Positions 26,637 to 39,097 of a DNA stretch of 64,000 bases are shown one piece after another; the first letter of the stretch is position 1, and every line of letters begins with the position of its first letter. The notes beneath the pieces are model-generated. The model searched no databases and was not told the DNA's origin. It saw only the letters and a list, made by a program, of their open reading frames with translations. A program made the position numbers and the translations under genes. Source of the DNA: Eledone cirrhosa (Eukaryota); the NCBI GenBank assembly GCA_964016885.1, contig OZ024741.1:135160001-135224000 (forward strand), read 5' to 3'.

Positions 26637-27525
26637 TGAGGTGGGAAAAAAAGTTCCAGGACTGATGTCACAAAAGATTTATTTCAAACCCAAACTTCAC
26701 ACTAAGAGTTTTCTCCTTCAAAGTAATCCTCCTGGAGTCTAATGCACTTTTCCATCTTTTTCTGCCACGCTTGCATGCACTCCTGGAAAGATTCTTCCGG
26801 GATCCTCCGCAGTTCCGTCGTCACCGCCTTTTTGATGTCGTCCACGTCTTCAAAACGGGTCCCCTCCCGGTCGTACTCGAAGATCCATGACTCATCACCG
26901 GTGATGACTGTCCTTAGCAAGTCTGGTTCGGTTTCAAGACGCTCGAGGATGTCTTAGCACACTTCGAGGATGTCCTGGTCATCGTTTAGAAGTTTTGGCA
27001 CCATCTTCGCGCAGACTTTCCGCATGTCCAAATCTTCAGTGAGAATCTTCCAGACGCTGTCCCGATTCATGCCCAGCTCATTTGCCATCAGTCGAACAGT
27101 CAGCCGACGATCGCTACGCACCATCTGCCTGACGCGCTCAACGTTGACCTCAGTCCTGGTTGTTGAGGGCCTTCTGCTCCTGGGGTCATCTGCCAGGTCC
27201 TCGTGTCCTTCTTTAAACCTCTTGCACCACTCAAATACATGTGAGCGTGACATCGTCTCATCTCTATACACTTGCTGCAGCAATCCCAGTGCTTCTGACG
27301 GAGTTTTAAAGTTTGTTCGTTGCTCTGTGCTCATTGCTTGACAACCTGAAACAGAGGACATGTATATAAAATTATGAAGAAAAAAGTTTGATCGCTGCAG
27401 GGAGCTAAGATTACAGTTACATACTCCAGGGGGATTACTTTGAAGGAGAAAACTCTTAGTGTGAAGTTTGGGTTTGAAATAAATCTTTTGTAACATCAGT
27501 CCTGGAACTTTTCTGACCCACCTCG
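26637..27525 (-). mobile_element. Mariner (Tc1/mariner) transposon, internally deleted, ~100-bp TIRs, TA target
   Basis: TIRs 26637-26738 and 27423-27525 flanked by TA; HTH region VFEWCKRFKEG..DDPRSRRP, KVCAKMVPKLL, VITGDESWIFEYD, then a jump to GTRFEDV...YFEG. Confidence 0.92.
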
Positions 27526-27545
27526 TATATATATATATATATATA

Positions 27546-28104
27546 TCTTGGAAAATATGTGAGATCCTTGGTACAGTTAGGTATATTTGAAAAAATATAC
27601 CTAACTGAAAAACATATACGTAACTTGAAAAACATCCTGCCATTATATTCATCAAAGGTCATTTATTGAAATGGAACCAGCAGGAGGGCACTTTTACAGC
27701 GCCTTTCTTAAACACTCTTTAAAAAAAGCCCCAACAGCACTCCCATCCCATTATCTTGCTGTCAACAGTCACCATCTTCTATGTATGCTTTAATTCCTTT
27801 AAATCTCCATCAACACTCCTTCACTCCCACACTCATTAACACCGAACCCCACCCCCAGACACATCCAAATCTCTCTTATATATAGAGAGTTACACATCAC
27901 AACACAACCTGATCTCAGTTTGACAATCGCCACCGACGAATGCGAGAAGGTTTCCCAGGAAAGTTAACTAGGAATCTTTAAAAATCTTCCCACCAAATTT
28001 AACAAAGAACTTACTGGATCTATCAACTCATAATATTATAATATTATAGAATTAAATCAAATTGTTTAGAATTACAAGTGAAGTCATTCTTTTCCTTTTT
28101 TCAA

Positions 28105-28105
<1 letters not shown>
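27546..28105 (+). mobile_element. Unclassified repeat in (TA)n, related to 56870-57495
   Basis: Shared ttggaaaa..atccttggtacagttaggtatatt terminus (opposite orientation) and tatatatag...tcagtttgacaa block. Confidence 0.5.
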
Positions 28106-28136
<31 letters not shown>

Positions 28137-28168
28137 AGATCAAAAGATGGTTAAATGAGTTCCATGTA

Positions 28169-28235
28169 TTTTATTATGCGCATTTCAAAAACAAATATCA
28201 TCATGCAATAACATTTGTGTTTTCATCAGAAAAAA
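28169..28235 (-). ncRNA. Hammerhead motif (mirror of 28361)
   Basis: tttttt-CTGATGA-aaacacaaat...atttgttttt-GAA-atgcgcat-A-ataaaa. Confidence 0.7.
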
Positions 28236-28360
28236 TAGGACGACATGATATGAAGTTTAAAAAACACTTGTGGATAGTGCAGTTTTAAATCAACATATTA
28301 TGTTGATTTAAAACTGCACTATCCACAAGTGTTTTTTAAACTTCATATCATGTCGTCCTA

Positions 28361-28427
28361 TTTTATCTGATGAAAACACAAATGTTATTGCATGATGATA
28401 TTTGTTTTTGAAATGCGCATAATAAAA
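28361..28427 (+). ncRNA. Type I hammerhead ribozyme
   Basis: ttttat-CTGATGA-aaacacaaatgttattgcatgatgatatttgttttt-GAA-atgcgcat-A-ataaaa; stem I 6 bp; palindromic stem III. Confidence 0.78.
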
Positions 28428-28552
28428 TACATGGAACTCATTTAACCATCTTTTGATCTTATATATTATGTATACTCCAGTCCTACAAACTGTAGAGTGC
28501 TTCTTATCCGATATCTGTATTGCTTTATTGTACTACAATAAAACTCACCTCC

Positions 28553-28600
<48 letters not shown>

Positions 28601-28838
28601 GTAAAAAGCAACTAAACTAATCAGGAGAAGAGAAAAGTGATTAGTTATACAGATTACAAGCCGGTAGAGAGGTTAGTGAGATCAATGATATAGACTTTTA
28701 ATGTACTAATATCGTTTTATATTCGATATCTAAAACAACAACATGCATTCTTACTGTGCAGTATGTGAAACAACTTGTCAGCTATTAAATATACATGTAT
28801 TCATAAATCTTTGTTGTTCTCTCCAGCACTTTAAATAC

Positions 28839-28872
<34 letters not shown>

Positions 28873-28943
28873 CACATATGCACTCTGCCTGTGCATAGAA
28901 GTGCTTGTTTTGGTATCACCACCAGTAATTCAATGAATCACCT

Positions 28944-28980
<37 letters not shown>

Positions 28981-29357
28981 CTTATTAGAGAAGGGTTCCT
29001 TTGAACATTATTATTGTTTTGTGAATTATATCTAATTATTTTTGTTGAAATACATTGATTGAGTTTTACAAACTACTTCCCTTCCAACTAAAGGTCTACA
29101 ACAAATTGGTACCGGTCTGAACATAGATTTGACGCTGATAGATTGTGAAGGGTCAAGAGAGAGGGAGAGAGAAAGTGATAGAGAGAGAGACAGAGAGATA
29201 CACATATAATGAGGGTTTCGGGGAGACGGAGAGGCATAGATAGACAGTAAGGCTTTCGGAGAGTCAGAGATAGAGACAATTAGAAATATGGACACAAAAC
29301 ATAGGCGCTTTGATATCGATTTCAAAGAAAAAGTGCCGACGTTTTAGTTCATATGTC

Positions 29358-29494
<137 letters not shown>

Positions 29495-29719
29495 GTACAC
29501 ATGCAGTCACATACGGTTATATGTATGGATATTTTCTATGTATCTTTATATGAATACATAAATACAGATATAATGGTTTCTAATTGAGGCACAAGGTCAG
29601 CAATTTATGGGGTAGGGAACATCAATTATATCGATCTCAGTAGTTAACTAGCACTTTATTTTGTCGAAACCTGAAATGAAAGGCAAAGTTGATGTTAAAC
29701 ATATCAGATTTCTTCATCA

Positions 29720-29850
29720 TCTTCTTCTTCTTCTTCTTCTTCTTCTTCTTCTTCTTCTTCTTCTTCTTCTTCTTCTTCTTCTTCTTCTTCTTCTTCTTCT
29801 TCTTCCAAGAGAGAGAGAGAGAGAGTGTGTGTGAGAGAGAGAGAGAGAGA
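29720..29850. repeat. (TTC)n followed by (GA)n
   Basis: Direct read. Confidence 0.95.
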
Positions 29851-30544
29851 GGGCGGGGGGGGGGGGGGAAGAAGCCAGCAGTACTGGAATGGTACTTTAT
29901 TAACCACCGAAAGTGGGATTTCAATCTAGATTGTAGAAAGCCTTCCAACCGATGTCCTAACATCTCAGCCAATTCTCAATCCCTGACTAACCATTGCTTC
30001 CTTTCCCCCAACAACACTGTTCCATTCAGCCACCATTTTACTATATAATCTCCAAGACCACAAATCAATTTCGTGTCATATTTTACTGTTAAACTAATCT
30101 ACAACATATCTGATCTCTTTGAACAGTATTTTTTTTCCATATCAGTGATTCATGAAATAAAATTAGTTCTATCACATTCTCTCAGGTAGTCACACTGAAT
30201 CAATCATTTATTTTGGCATAATATTAACCATACATTATATAGTGTGAAGGTGTATGGCTTAGTAGTTAGGGAGTTCTGAAAAAGGTAGTCAGAAGCACTG
30301 TTAACCTTTTCTGTCTGTAGAGGTACTTTACTGATTTTCTCAAACATTATTTATAATCATCGACTATTATTATAATTATTTTCATTGGGATGACCACATT
30401 TCAAGATTTCAGAGTTCTTCTTAAAACGACCAGTAATATAATATAATATAATATATATATAATATATATAGTATAATATAATATAATATAATATAATATA
30501 ATATAATATAATATATATATCTGAGTTTTTCGAATATTAATAAT

Positions 30545-30733
30545 TGTTTCTACTTTTGCACAAGGCCAGCAATTACCCAGTGTATTACTGGAATTTTATT
30601 TTATCGACCCCGTAAGGATGAAAGGCAAAGTTAACCTCGGCGGGATTTGAACTGAGAATGGCAAGAGCCGTAACTCTATGCGTCAAAGCATGACGTTCGA
30701 CCCTCTGCCGATACTGCCAATCCACCGCCCTAC
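30545..30733 (-). mobile_element. SINE family A with 14-bp TSD
   Basis: cgaatattaataat at 30531-30544 and 30734-30747. Confidence 0.9.
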
Positions 30734-30847
30734 CGAATATTAATAATAACATTCGATTCATTTGAAATTATGCAAACAAGCCTCAATTTTATAGCCATGT
30801 CAGTAGAATGAACGCTTCATTCTTGCTCATATGTTGGCATGCGAACA

Positions 30848-30897
30848 GAACTGCAGACACTAATATTTCTGGGTATCACCCTTCATCAGTACAGCTC
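30848..30897 (-). ncRNA. Type I hammerhead ribozyme (M1)
   Basis: gagctgta-CTGATGA-agggtgataccca-GAA-atattagtgt-C-tgcagttc; stem I 8 bp; GUC site. Confidence 0.8.
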
Positions 30898-31189
30898 ACT
30901 GTTCACCTGCCAAACTGTCAGAGCTAGTGAAAATATATGCTATTTTCAAAAATACACAGTGACTGATCGGCCCGAATTGCATATTAGCAGACTGGCTGAT
31001 CAGTCAGATCTGCATATTAGCAGATCCACTGATCAGCCAGATTTGCATATCAGCAGACTGGCCATTTATTGTATTCAGCCATGGAGAGCGAAATTTTCTT
31101 TTTTATTTGAATTTGGCAAAGCCGGCCATTTATTGCTCCTATACAGGAAACTGATTTATTATTATTTTTTTTTTAAACTATAAATAAAT

Positions 31190-31545
31190 AAATAAATAAA
31201 CAGACTAAATAAAGATGGCGTAGGCATACAATACATCGGGAGGCAACATAATAGCACCACTGACGGTGTTGCAGATGTGCAACGAAAGAACTTTGTTAGA
31301 CTATATATATGTGTTTGTGTCTATATTGTATCTGTATTTTTGACCGTTGGTCAGTCAATGGTAACACTGAGGACCGAATAAATTAAATTAACCGATATAA
31401 AAGACACATAAGCGAAAACCAACCAAACAGTGAGTGTGTTCTGTTATTAATTCTGGCAATATTATTACACAAATATGACCCTCCCCAAGTATAACAATAT
31501 TTGTTTGGACACACGATTTCATATGAAAACCTCGCAAAACTATAT
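31190..31545 (+). mobile_element. Solo pLTR-like piece related to the 52683/54305 arms, with a degenerate HHR at 31258-31295
   Basis: CTGACGG-t gttgca gatg tgcaac-GAA-agaact-T; tail atgaccctccccaagtataacaatat shared with 52671-52696 (reverse) and 54292. Confidence 0.55.
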
Positions 31546-32191
31546 ATATATATATATATAGCTCTGATTATTTAATTTATTAATTCATCATTGAGCTACA
31601 TCGTGAATGGTTGCCAAAAACATATATATCTATGACTTTGTCTAGTTTGTGTATATGTAAATCTTTATATTTGATAATCTCCCATAAGGTTGAGATGCAA
31701 TCTAGGCAATATTAGGCTCCGCTTTCTAGCAACCAGCCCACTCGCCGTAAGGCACTAATCACATTGTTTCTGACTTCACCACTGCCACGTCACAGTTCTT
31801 AGCCATTTTGAATTCGTTTCTGGCGGGGATCATTTAAGAAAAATCTTCGTCCAAGTGAGTTTGTTTCCTGATGATTCCGAAGCTCGAGAATTAATCCTTG
31901 ATCGGACATTTCCAAAAGCGAATGAAACTCTAACTTTAATTTTATACCTAATTGTGTATGGTTGACGATATATTTAATCGATTTCCACGTGCTATTGAAA
32001 TGCTGGGTAAATATTCTATAGCTGTTGATCGCGAATAGTTGGATGTCGTTTATTTATCTATTATTTCTTTATAGGTGCCTTTTAATCTTATAGCCTGGTT
32101 TAATTATTTTTTTGTGTGCTTGATTATGCTAATTGGGAGAGGAAATGGTGTATATATATCTTATCAAATGATTCTATGGACATAATTTATA

Positions 32192-32224
<33 letters not shown>

Positions 32225-32292
32225 CAAGGTTTAGCAAATAAGAAAAAGTTTCAAAATAAATTTAAAAAAATTAACTTTACTTACTATAGTTA

Positions 32293-32374
32293 CCTTTACC
32301 GAATCGGTTTCGAGTCTCAAAAATAAACGGAGTCCATACGGCCTCCGTTGCAAAGAAAAACTCTCGTCAGAAGG
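32293..32374 (-). ncRNA. Type I hammerhead ribozyme, extended stem II
   Basis: cctt-CTGACGA-gagt...acggag/ctccgt...actc-GAA-accgattcggt-A-aagg. Confidence 0.8.
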
Positions 32375-32586
32375 ATCTTTTCATTCGAAGAATATAAAAT
32401 TCCCGAATTCAAATTACGAACTGGCGCTATTCAAAATTGTTCCCGAGATGAGAAAAAATGAAGTGGAATCAATTTTTTCAAGGGCCGAGTGTAAAGATAG
32501 AGGCGGAGGCAGGGAGGTCAGTCGGCTACCGCTATAACTAGCAGCAGTCAGAACGACCAAATTTTTTCTCAACCAAGAGGAGAATA

Positions 32587-32813
32587 ATAATAGAGTATAT
32601 GTTCCTACACGCACAAGGCGCTAAGGGACACATGTATTGTCCAACCATATGCTAATGTGGTTCAATGGCAGGTTAATAAATTAACGAGCCAGAACATTAT
32701 ATATGTTCTGGCTCGTTAATTTATTAACCTGCCATTGAACTACATTGGCATATGGTTGGACAATACATGTGTCCCTTAGCGCCTTGTGCGTGTAGGAACA
32801 TATACTCTATTAT
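32587..32813. repeat. Fold-back palindrome, ~110-bp arms
   Basis: Centre near 32700 (gaacattatatatgttc); a few mismatches; lies 5' of the minus-strand HHR at 32293. Confidence 0.92.
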
Positions 32814-33049
32814 ATATATATATATATATTTCAATTATATCTTATTTTGTTTGACCCGTTTAGCTTGTTCGCTTTTTTGGCTTAGGTGGTTAATGGCTTC
32901 TTAACCATCGTCTCAGTTTGTATGACCTTTTAAACTTATGTTTATAGCTCTGGTATCTTCATATCAATAGAGCGCTTGTCAACACAATTCGGAAGTTGCG
33001 TTTCGCTAATTTCTACCCGCCGAAATGCGATTCTCGCTAAATTTATATT

Positions 33050-33154
<105 letters not shown>

Positions 33155-33275
33155 AAAACCACAAACCTCCATCTCAATTCTACTTTTGAAAAGCATAAGA
33201 ACTGTGAAACCGGTAAAGGAAACAAATAAATATTCTTAAAAAGACTCCAGTTCCATTTTCGATTTCATCTTTTTT

Positions 33276-33359
<84 letters not shown>

Positions 33360-33446
33360 TATCTATCTATTTATATATCTGTATGTTTGTGTGTGTGTTA
33401 ATGTGTGTTTATGGTATATAGCTGTGTGTATATATGTGTGCGTCTC

Positions 33447-33502
<56 letters not shown>

Positions 33503-33508
33503 CATAAT

Positions 33509-33548
<40 letters not shown>

Positions 33549-33600
33549 ATTATGAAAAGATCGGAGGCCATATTCAGTTAGTTCAGGTTTATATAAAACT

Positions 33601-33658
33601 CCGTTATACAGATTTCATTGAGGACTATCAAATGAGGTAGCCTCAGCTCTCCAGACGG
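33601..33658 (-). ncRNA. Degenerate hammerhead motif (CUGGAGA core)
   Basis: ccgt-CTGGAGA-gctgagg...cctcaat-GAA-atctgtat-A-acgg. Confidence 0.5.
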
Positions 33659-34042
33659 CAAAACCTAAAATAAACATAGAAAGTTCCTAATAAACCTGTA
33701 AATTGGGAAAAATCTAATAATTTCCCCGAAAAAGATTTTCTTTTCATGATACAAGGGGCCGGCCGAATGCGTGGTGTTGTTTCTTCGATGGTTGGCCCCT
33801 GTATATAAATAAATATATATACGCACACGGTAAACAGCAGAGGCCACGTGTTATCCCTCACCAACAAAACCTTCTTCCCCTCGGAAAACCCCCAGTTGAT
33901 GTATGCGAAATCCAAAATATAGGGACAATTAAATCTCTCCCAATGCAACTGTATCTCGTGTTATTATTTTTTACACTTTTCCTGCGATCTGCATTGTTGA
34001 GGCTTCCAAAACGACCATATATATGTATATATATATATATAT

Positions 34043-34167
34043 ATAACGAAGGAGATGTGGTAAGGAACCAGATGGACCATAACGCACCAAAGTACTCAAT
34101 ACTTTTTAGTCCAGAATTAGCCGTCGAAACGGCTTGAGCTGAGCCGTCGGAGTCCTACTTGTTCCTA
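34043..34167. mobile_element. Short repeat with internal inversion and an HHR 3' half; related to 46002-46176
   Basis: GAA-acggc ttgagctga gccgt-C; 34043-34101 is in the opposite orientation relative to the 46 kb copy. Confidence 0.6.
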
Positions 34168-34180
34168 TATATATATATAT

Positions 34181-34540
34181 ACTCAGCCGTTAATATGCAT
34201 AAGGTAAGTATATACGTTCAACAATCTGGCAGGAAGGTATACGTTGCTGACGATAGCTAATAAGCTTGAAACTAGTACAGCGTTCCTTTGTCAGTGTTGA
34301 ACAAACGAGCAACGATGGTTGCTAGACACTACGGCTTAATACGGGATGTTTGTTTACAAACACACCGAGCATTATAATAAATGTTCGGTGAATCCATACG
34401 TACATATATATATGTGTGCATGTATGTATATATACATACTACTGTACGTCTGTATACATATATGTATGTACGTGTACATACTTATATTTAAGTAACAGCC
34501 GTACTAAGAGTGGGAAATGAAATTTCGTTTCATTTTTTCC

Positions 34541-34545
<5 letters not shown>
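34181..34545 (+). mobile_element. Non-autonomous HHR mini-element, family M2 (5'-truncated)
   Basis: Homologous to 45156-45532; flanked by (TA)n. Confidence 0.82.
34241..34283 (+). ncRNA. Minimal type I hammerhead ribozyme (M2)
   Basis: acgttg-CTGACGA-tagctaataagctt-GAA-actagt-A-cagcgt. Confidence 0.82.
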
Positions 34546-34619
<74 letters not shown>

Positions 34620-35284
34620 AATATATAACATTTCGTGTTTCTTCTCATGATAATGAAATGTTGATTGATGCCATAACTTCTGGTCAGATTCATTTGATAT
34701 TATGATCGCTTCATTGATTTCCCACCCAGGTAGTTTATTAGGCTGAACAAATATTTACGTAATTTTGACTTTACTTTTTAAACAGTCAGTATATCGAAAG
34801 AAATCAATAAAACACCTGTCGTTATTTTATATTCACACATAAAAAATCATATCTGATTGATGCAAAGAAACGATTTAAACTATTACATCATCTATGTTAA
34901 GTATCGAAGCTAAGAGTATTTAAAATATCGCATTTGAAAGCTACGATTGTGTAGAAAGCAGGGAGCTGACGAAGGTTTCTATTCCGTTTGCTGCAATGAA
35001 GTTTAACAGGAAGTATTTTGTAGCTCACCTACAGGAGTTCGAGAAACATTCACTCGACCAACATGAATGTACCAAAAACCAAAAGAAAGAAAAAAAAATC
35101 ACAGAAGAAAATAAAACTATTTTATTCATAATCAACTCTTTTGTTACCATATGTCTCATAAGATACACTGCTTAGGATTTTCACATTTTTAATATATTTA
35201 AGAATTTGGAGCGATTGTGAAGGCATAATTACATATTCAAGATGGTGTCTCTCATTCATTCACCTTCTGTGAACTTAGCCTTGA

Positions 35285-35540
35285 CCAGGAGGCATTGATG
35301 TCATCAGACAGGGCCCAACGTTCATTGGGTGTTTCGACTCTCAACCGTAAAACCCTCTTGCTGGTGGGTCAGCAGTGGTAGCCAAATTACTGCTCATCTT
35401 CATCTCCTGGCTTCCAGACTGTCACCTCTCTCCTGCTCCAAAGCCACGAAGAGGCCCTTCTTGCTGCCTCTCCCATTTTCTGAACTGCAGTCTTCTCTCT
35501 TCTTGTTATTACAATAGTACTGAGCATTCCCAATATCTGT
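35285..35540 (-). mobile_element. 3' end of a HERO/R2-group non-LTR element (C-terminal peptide + 3' UTR)
   Basis: Minus frame KTAVQKMGEAARRASSWLWSRRE resembles the AxxASxWLW C-terminus of HERO-type ORFs. Confidence 0.55.
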
Positions 35541-37723
35541 CGATGTATCAGCTACTGTCCATTAGGTTTGTCGTCAAACCTGTAGTAGTGGACAATTCCG
35601 TCGTCTTTGGTCCCCGGACAATCTCGCTACTCATTACTATCTAGGTGGAATTGGCCATCCACTGGAGTGAGCTCCGTCAGTTCCGCTGGAACCATGAGGC
35701 AGCTTGCGCCCGGGCTCCCACATGCCAGAAAACGCCCCTTACACCTGAAAAGATTAGGGTAGCGTTGTTTAATCTTACTTTAGCGACTTATGGCATTCTC
35801 ATTATAATAGCCGCTTCTTCAACATCAACATTTTATTTCATTGTATTTTCTTTAGTTTCCATTGTTTGAAGTTTTATATATAAAAAAAGGGAACTTCACA
35901 TTTTTATTTATGTTGTTGTTTAGGACCATTTTAACAAAGATTCTTTCATAAAATTACGACAGAAAGTTTTTAGATAAATATAAACATTTTAACTTATTCG
36001 TTATCGTATTTCTAACGATATCCACTACCTATGATTTTCAAATCATTTTGAAAAATATTGGAAGGATTTAGTAATATAAGTAATTTTTTCATTTTGTGCT
36101 TGGAACATAACGTAACAAATGGTCTTTAATATAATTGATGGAAGGCGTTTAGATAAATATGAAAACTTTCAGATAAACAGTTTTGTATTTTAGAACACGG
36201 GGTGGTTTCAGGCAGTTTAATATCAAAAGAGTTAAATCGTCAGTTATGAATTGGCGTCTGATAAAATCGATCTCACATGAATTAAATAGAATTGGGATGT
36301 AGAGTTGTTTAACGATGTGGCTGCTGAGCAACGGATCAGAAAATTCATATTCGTTTCGGATGTTGAACTCGCTCAATTATCAACTCAAACTTGCTGAAAA
36401 TAAGTCTCATGGGTGCAAATTTCAAGTTTTACGTTCAAACGATAATTTAAAATCATTTCGTGCGTATCATTATGGTGATGAACAGGATCCATTAGTCTGT
36501 CAGTTAGTGTGGCTAGAGCGTCAAATTAAAAAAAAATGATTCGAGATGTTTGTTCCGATTCCCTGTGTTCTGGATTTAAATTCCACCAAGGTTAACAATA
36601 CATTTTTATCCTTTCAGGGTTGATAGAATAAAAAACCAGTGAATTAACGGAATTGTCTGAGCGTCAGTCGTAATGCCTCGTGGTGTCTCCTTTGGTTCTT
36701 TAAACCTGTGACATCTCTAGTATCAGGCCAATAAATGTGTTTCATTGATGTTAGTTTCAAGTCAAAGTTCAAATGATAATATCAAATCATTGTGACGATT
36801 GTCGTGAGTCACTAGTCAGAGGGATATTAGATACAGTTCATGCTGACGACCTTTAAATGTCTCTTAGAAACCAAAATTTCTTTTTCGACAAAACGATCAA
36901 TTATCACATTTGATATATATTGGTGACATGGTCACTATGAAACAAATATATGTGGTTCAAGTCCAATTAATGGGTAGCTAGCTATTTTGTGACTCAATTA
37001 GTGCTTACAATGTGCGATGGTGAGCCATTAGTGATGTTTATCAGAAAGCTAAGAAAAATCTAGTCCAGTCGCATGATATCTTACGTAACTTGGCGTAACA
37101 ATTTCTAAATTTAAGTATTTCAGAATTGTAGTTGTTTGGTAAGTGATTTTAGAGCGTGTGTTGAAACTAAAGCAACTACACAGTGGAAGAGTCGTTTTAG
37201 CCACAGTTGTACTTGTCTGGCAGCTGACTTGATCTGAGTTGAAACATAGAGCGATTACACAGTGGAAGAATCATTTTAGTCATACAGATAGACAAAAAAA
37301 ACAACAAAATTTACTTCACATTTAGTATCCATTTCCTGTTCGGATGACAGATTAACATCGTGCACTTTGAAACCTGGCCACTTTCTCAATTCTACTCTAA
37401 ATATGGAAAATTATTTAATTACATCGTAAGGGAGTCATGCTAACTATTTATAAAACAAAATTTGTTTAATTAACTTTACTTTTTATCCTATATTAAATGG
37501 TGTTATAATTTTAGTTGCAGGTTTATAGATGAATATATTTTATAGTTAAATATTTTGTATTTATGAACAGATAAAATGATTCTTCCACGATGTAATGGCT
37601 CACCTTAAATAGATCTTACAAACATCTTACAAAGAAAATGAAGCGTGTGCGCGTGTGTTTTGTGTTTGTGAGTTTGTCTGAGTGAGTGTCTGTACGAGTG
37701 TGTTTGCGAGTGCGTGTACATGC

Positions 37724-37833
<110 letters not shown>

Positions 37834-38198
37834 TCCTCTATTGATATACCGTTTTGAATTTAACGGAACCAAAAGAAGTAAGCACAAATAATATAAATAT
37901 AATATAATTAAATTAATATTCATTTTAATTAAGAGAAAATCTCTGTTTTATATAATAGGTTTTTAAAATGAAGAATGTAGTGGGTACCAATCCAAGAAAC
38001 AAGAAAACAAATTTAACTCGGAACTGTTATTAAAATCCTTTCTTTCCGCGCCATCTGTGATTCTGAATTTTATGAAAAACACAGTAAGCAAGTAAACCCT
38101 TTAACGAGATGTATTTGTTTGCAGTTAAAATTAAGAATACGACATTACATATAAATTTTACTTCTTGCAGTTATTTGGCTTCCTTTTACAATTTACTT

Positions 38199-38249
<51 letters not shown>

Positions 38250-38271
38250 TCTTATTTTTTTGCTTTATCAT

Positions 38272-38575
38272 TTTCCTGGTTTCAGTCATTAGACTGCTGC
38301 CATGCTGGGGCACCACATTGAACGGATTTAATCAATCGATCATATCGCCATCGGTTCATATTCTATTTTCAAGGCTGGTACTTTATATTATCGATCTATT
38401 TTTGTTGGACAACTAAGCCCCCTCCTTCACACACACGACGCCGTCTACCAAATTCGATTAAAACGTAATTGGTAAACCTGGGACGTTGTATGATAGAAAA
38501 ACTTTCTAAAGGTGCCTCATAAATGTATCAAGTTCAAGACCACAGGATAGCGAAGCTAACACCTTTACTACATAG
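38272..38575 (-). mobile_element. SINE family B copy
   Basis: ctggtttcagtcattagactgctgccatgctggggcaccac. Confidence 0.6.
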
Positions 38576-38611
38576 TAATGTCGATAAATATCATTAGATC
38601 TTCTTCTTTAG

Positions 38612-38936
38612 ACCGGTCACAACAAACTGGTCACAACAGACTGACCACGCTATCAGATGTCCATCACTGGCCACAATGGATTGACCACACTATCAGATGT
38701 CTTTATATACATCACTGGACACAATGGATTGCCCAGGCTATCAGATGTTCTTATACCCTGCTTGTCACAATATTGACCAGATTATCATATGTCCTTCTAC
38801 AACACAGGTCACAATAGACTGACCAAATTACCAGGCGTCCTTATACATTACAGGTCACAATGGACTGACTAAACTATCAGGTGTCCTTATACGCCACTGG
38901 TCACAATGGATTGACCAGACTAGCACATGTCCTTAT
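38612..38936. repeat. Minisatellite, ~45-50-bp unit, 6-7 diverged copies
   Basis: ctggtcacaatggattgaccagactatcagatgtccttatac-like units. Confidence 0.8.
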
Positions 38937-38944
38937 ATATAGTT

Positions 38945-39097
38945 GGTTTCCTTTCCTCCCTTGTTTGCACCATTCTCCTCCATCTGAATCGTTTCACCAT
39001 GTTGTCTTCCATCGCCTTGAAAGTCTTCCGTGTGATTCCTTCTGATTTCTTGAATACCATCCGTTGTCTGTAAATATCGCAACATGACCTGCCCACC
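38945..39097 (-). mobile_element. RTE LINE C-terminal fragment
   Basis: WAGHVAIFTDNGW...GRLSRRW matches the RTE WAGHV...DNRW...GRP..RW tail. Confidence 0.55.

Larger units (their letters stand above)
28127..28469. repeat. Near-perfect palindrome, ~170-bp arms
   Basis: Centre near 28298 (caacatattatgttg); one visible mismatch; each arm contains an HHR. Confidence 0.93.
30520..31092 (-). mobile_element. Non-autonomous HHR mini-element, family M1
   Basis: Homologous to 46249-46748 and 51932-52233; inverted terminal piece at 31063-31092; interrupted by a SINE. Confidence 0.8.

Noticed and set aside
29637-30048. Poly-K/E/F ORFs
   Set aside because: (TTC)n tract; the same applies to 43407-43694
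31868-31930. CTGATGA...GAAAC spacing
   Set aside because: No convincing stem I or downstream NUH pairing
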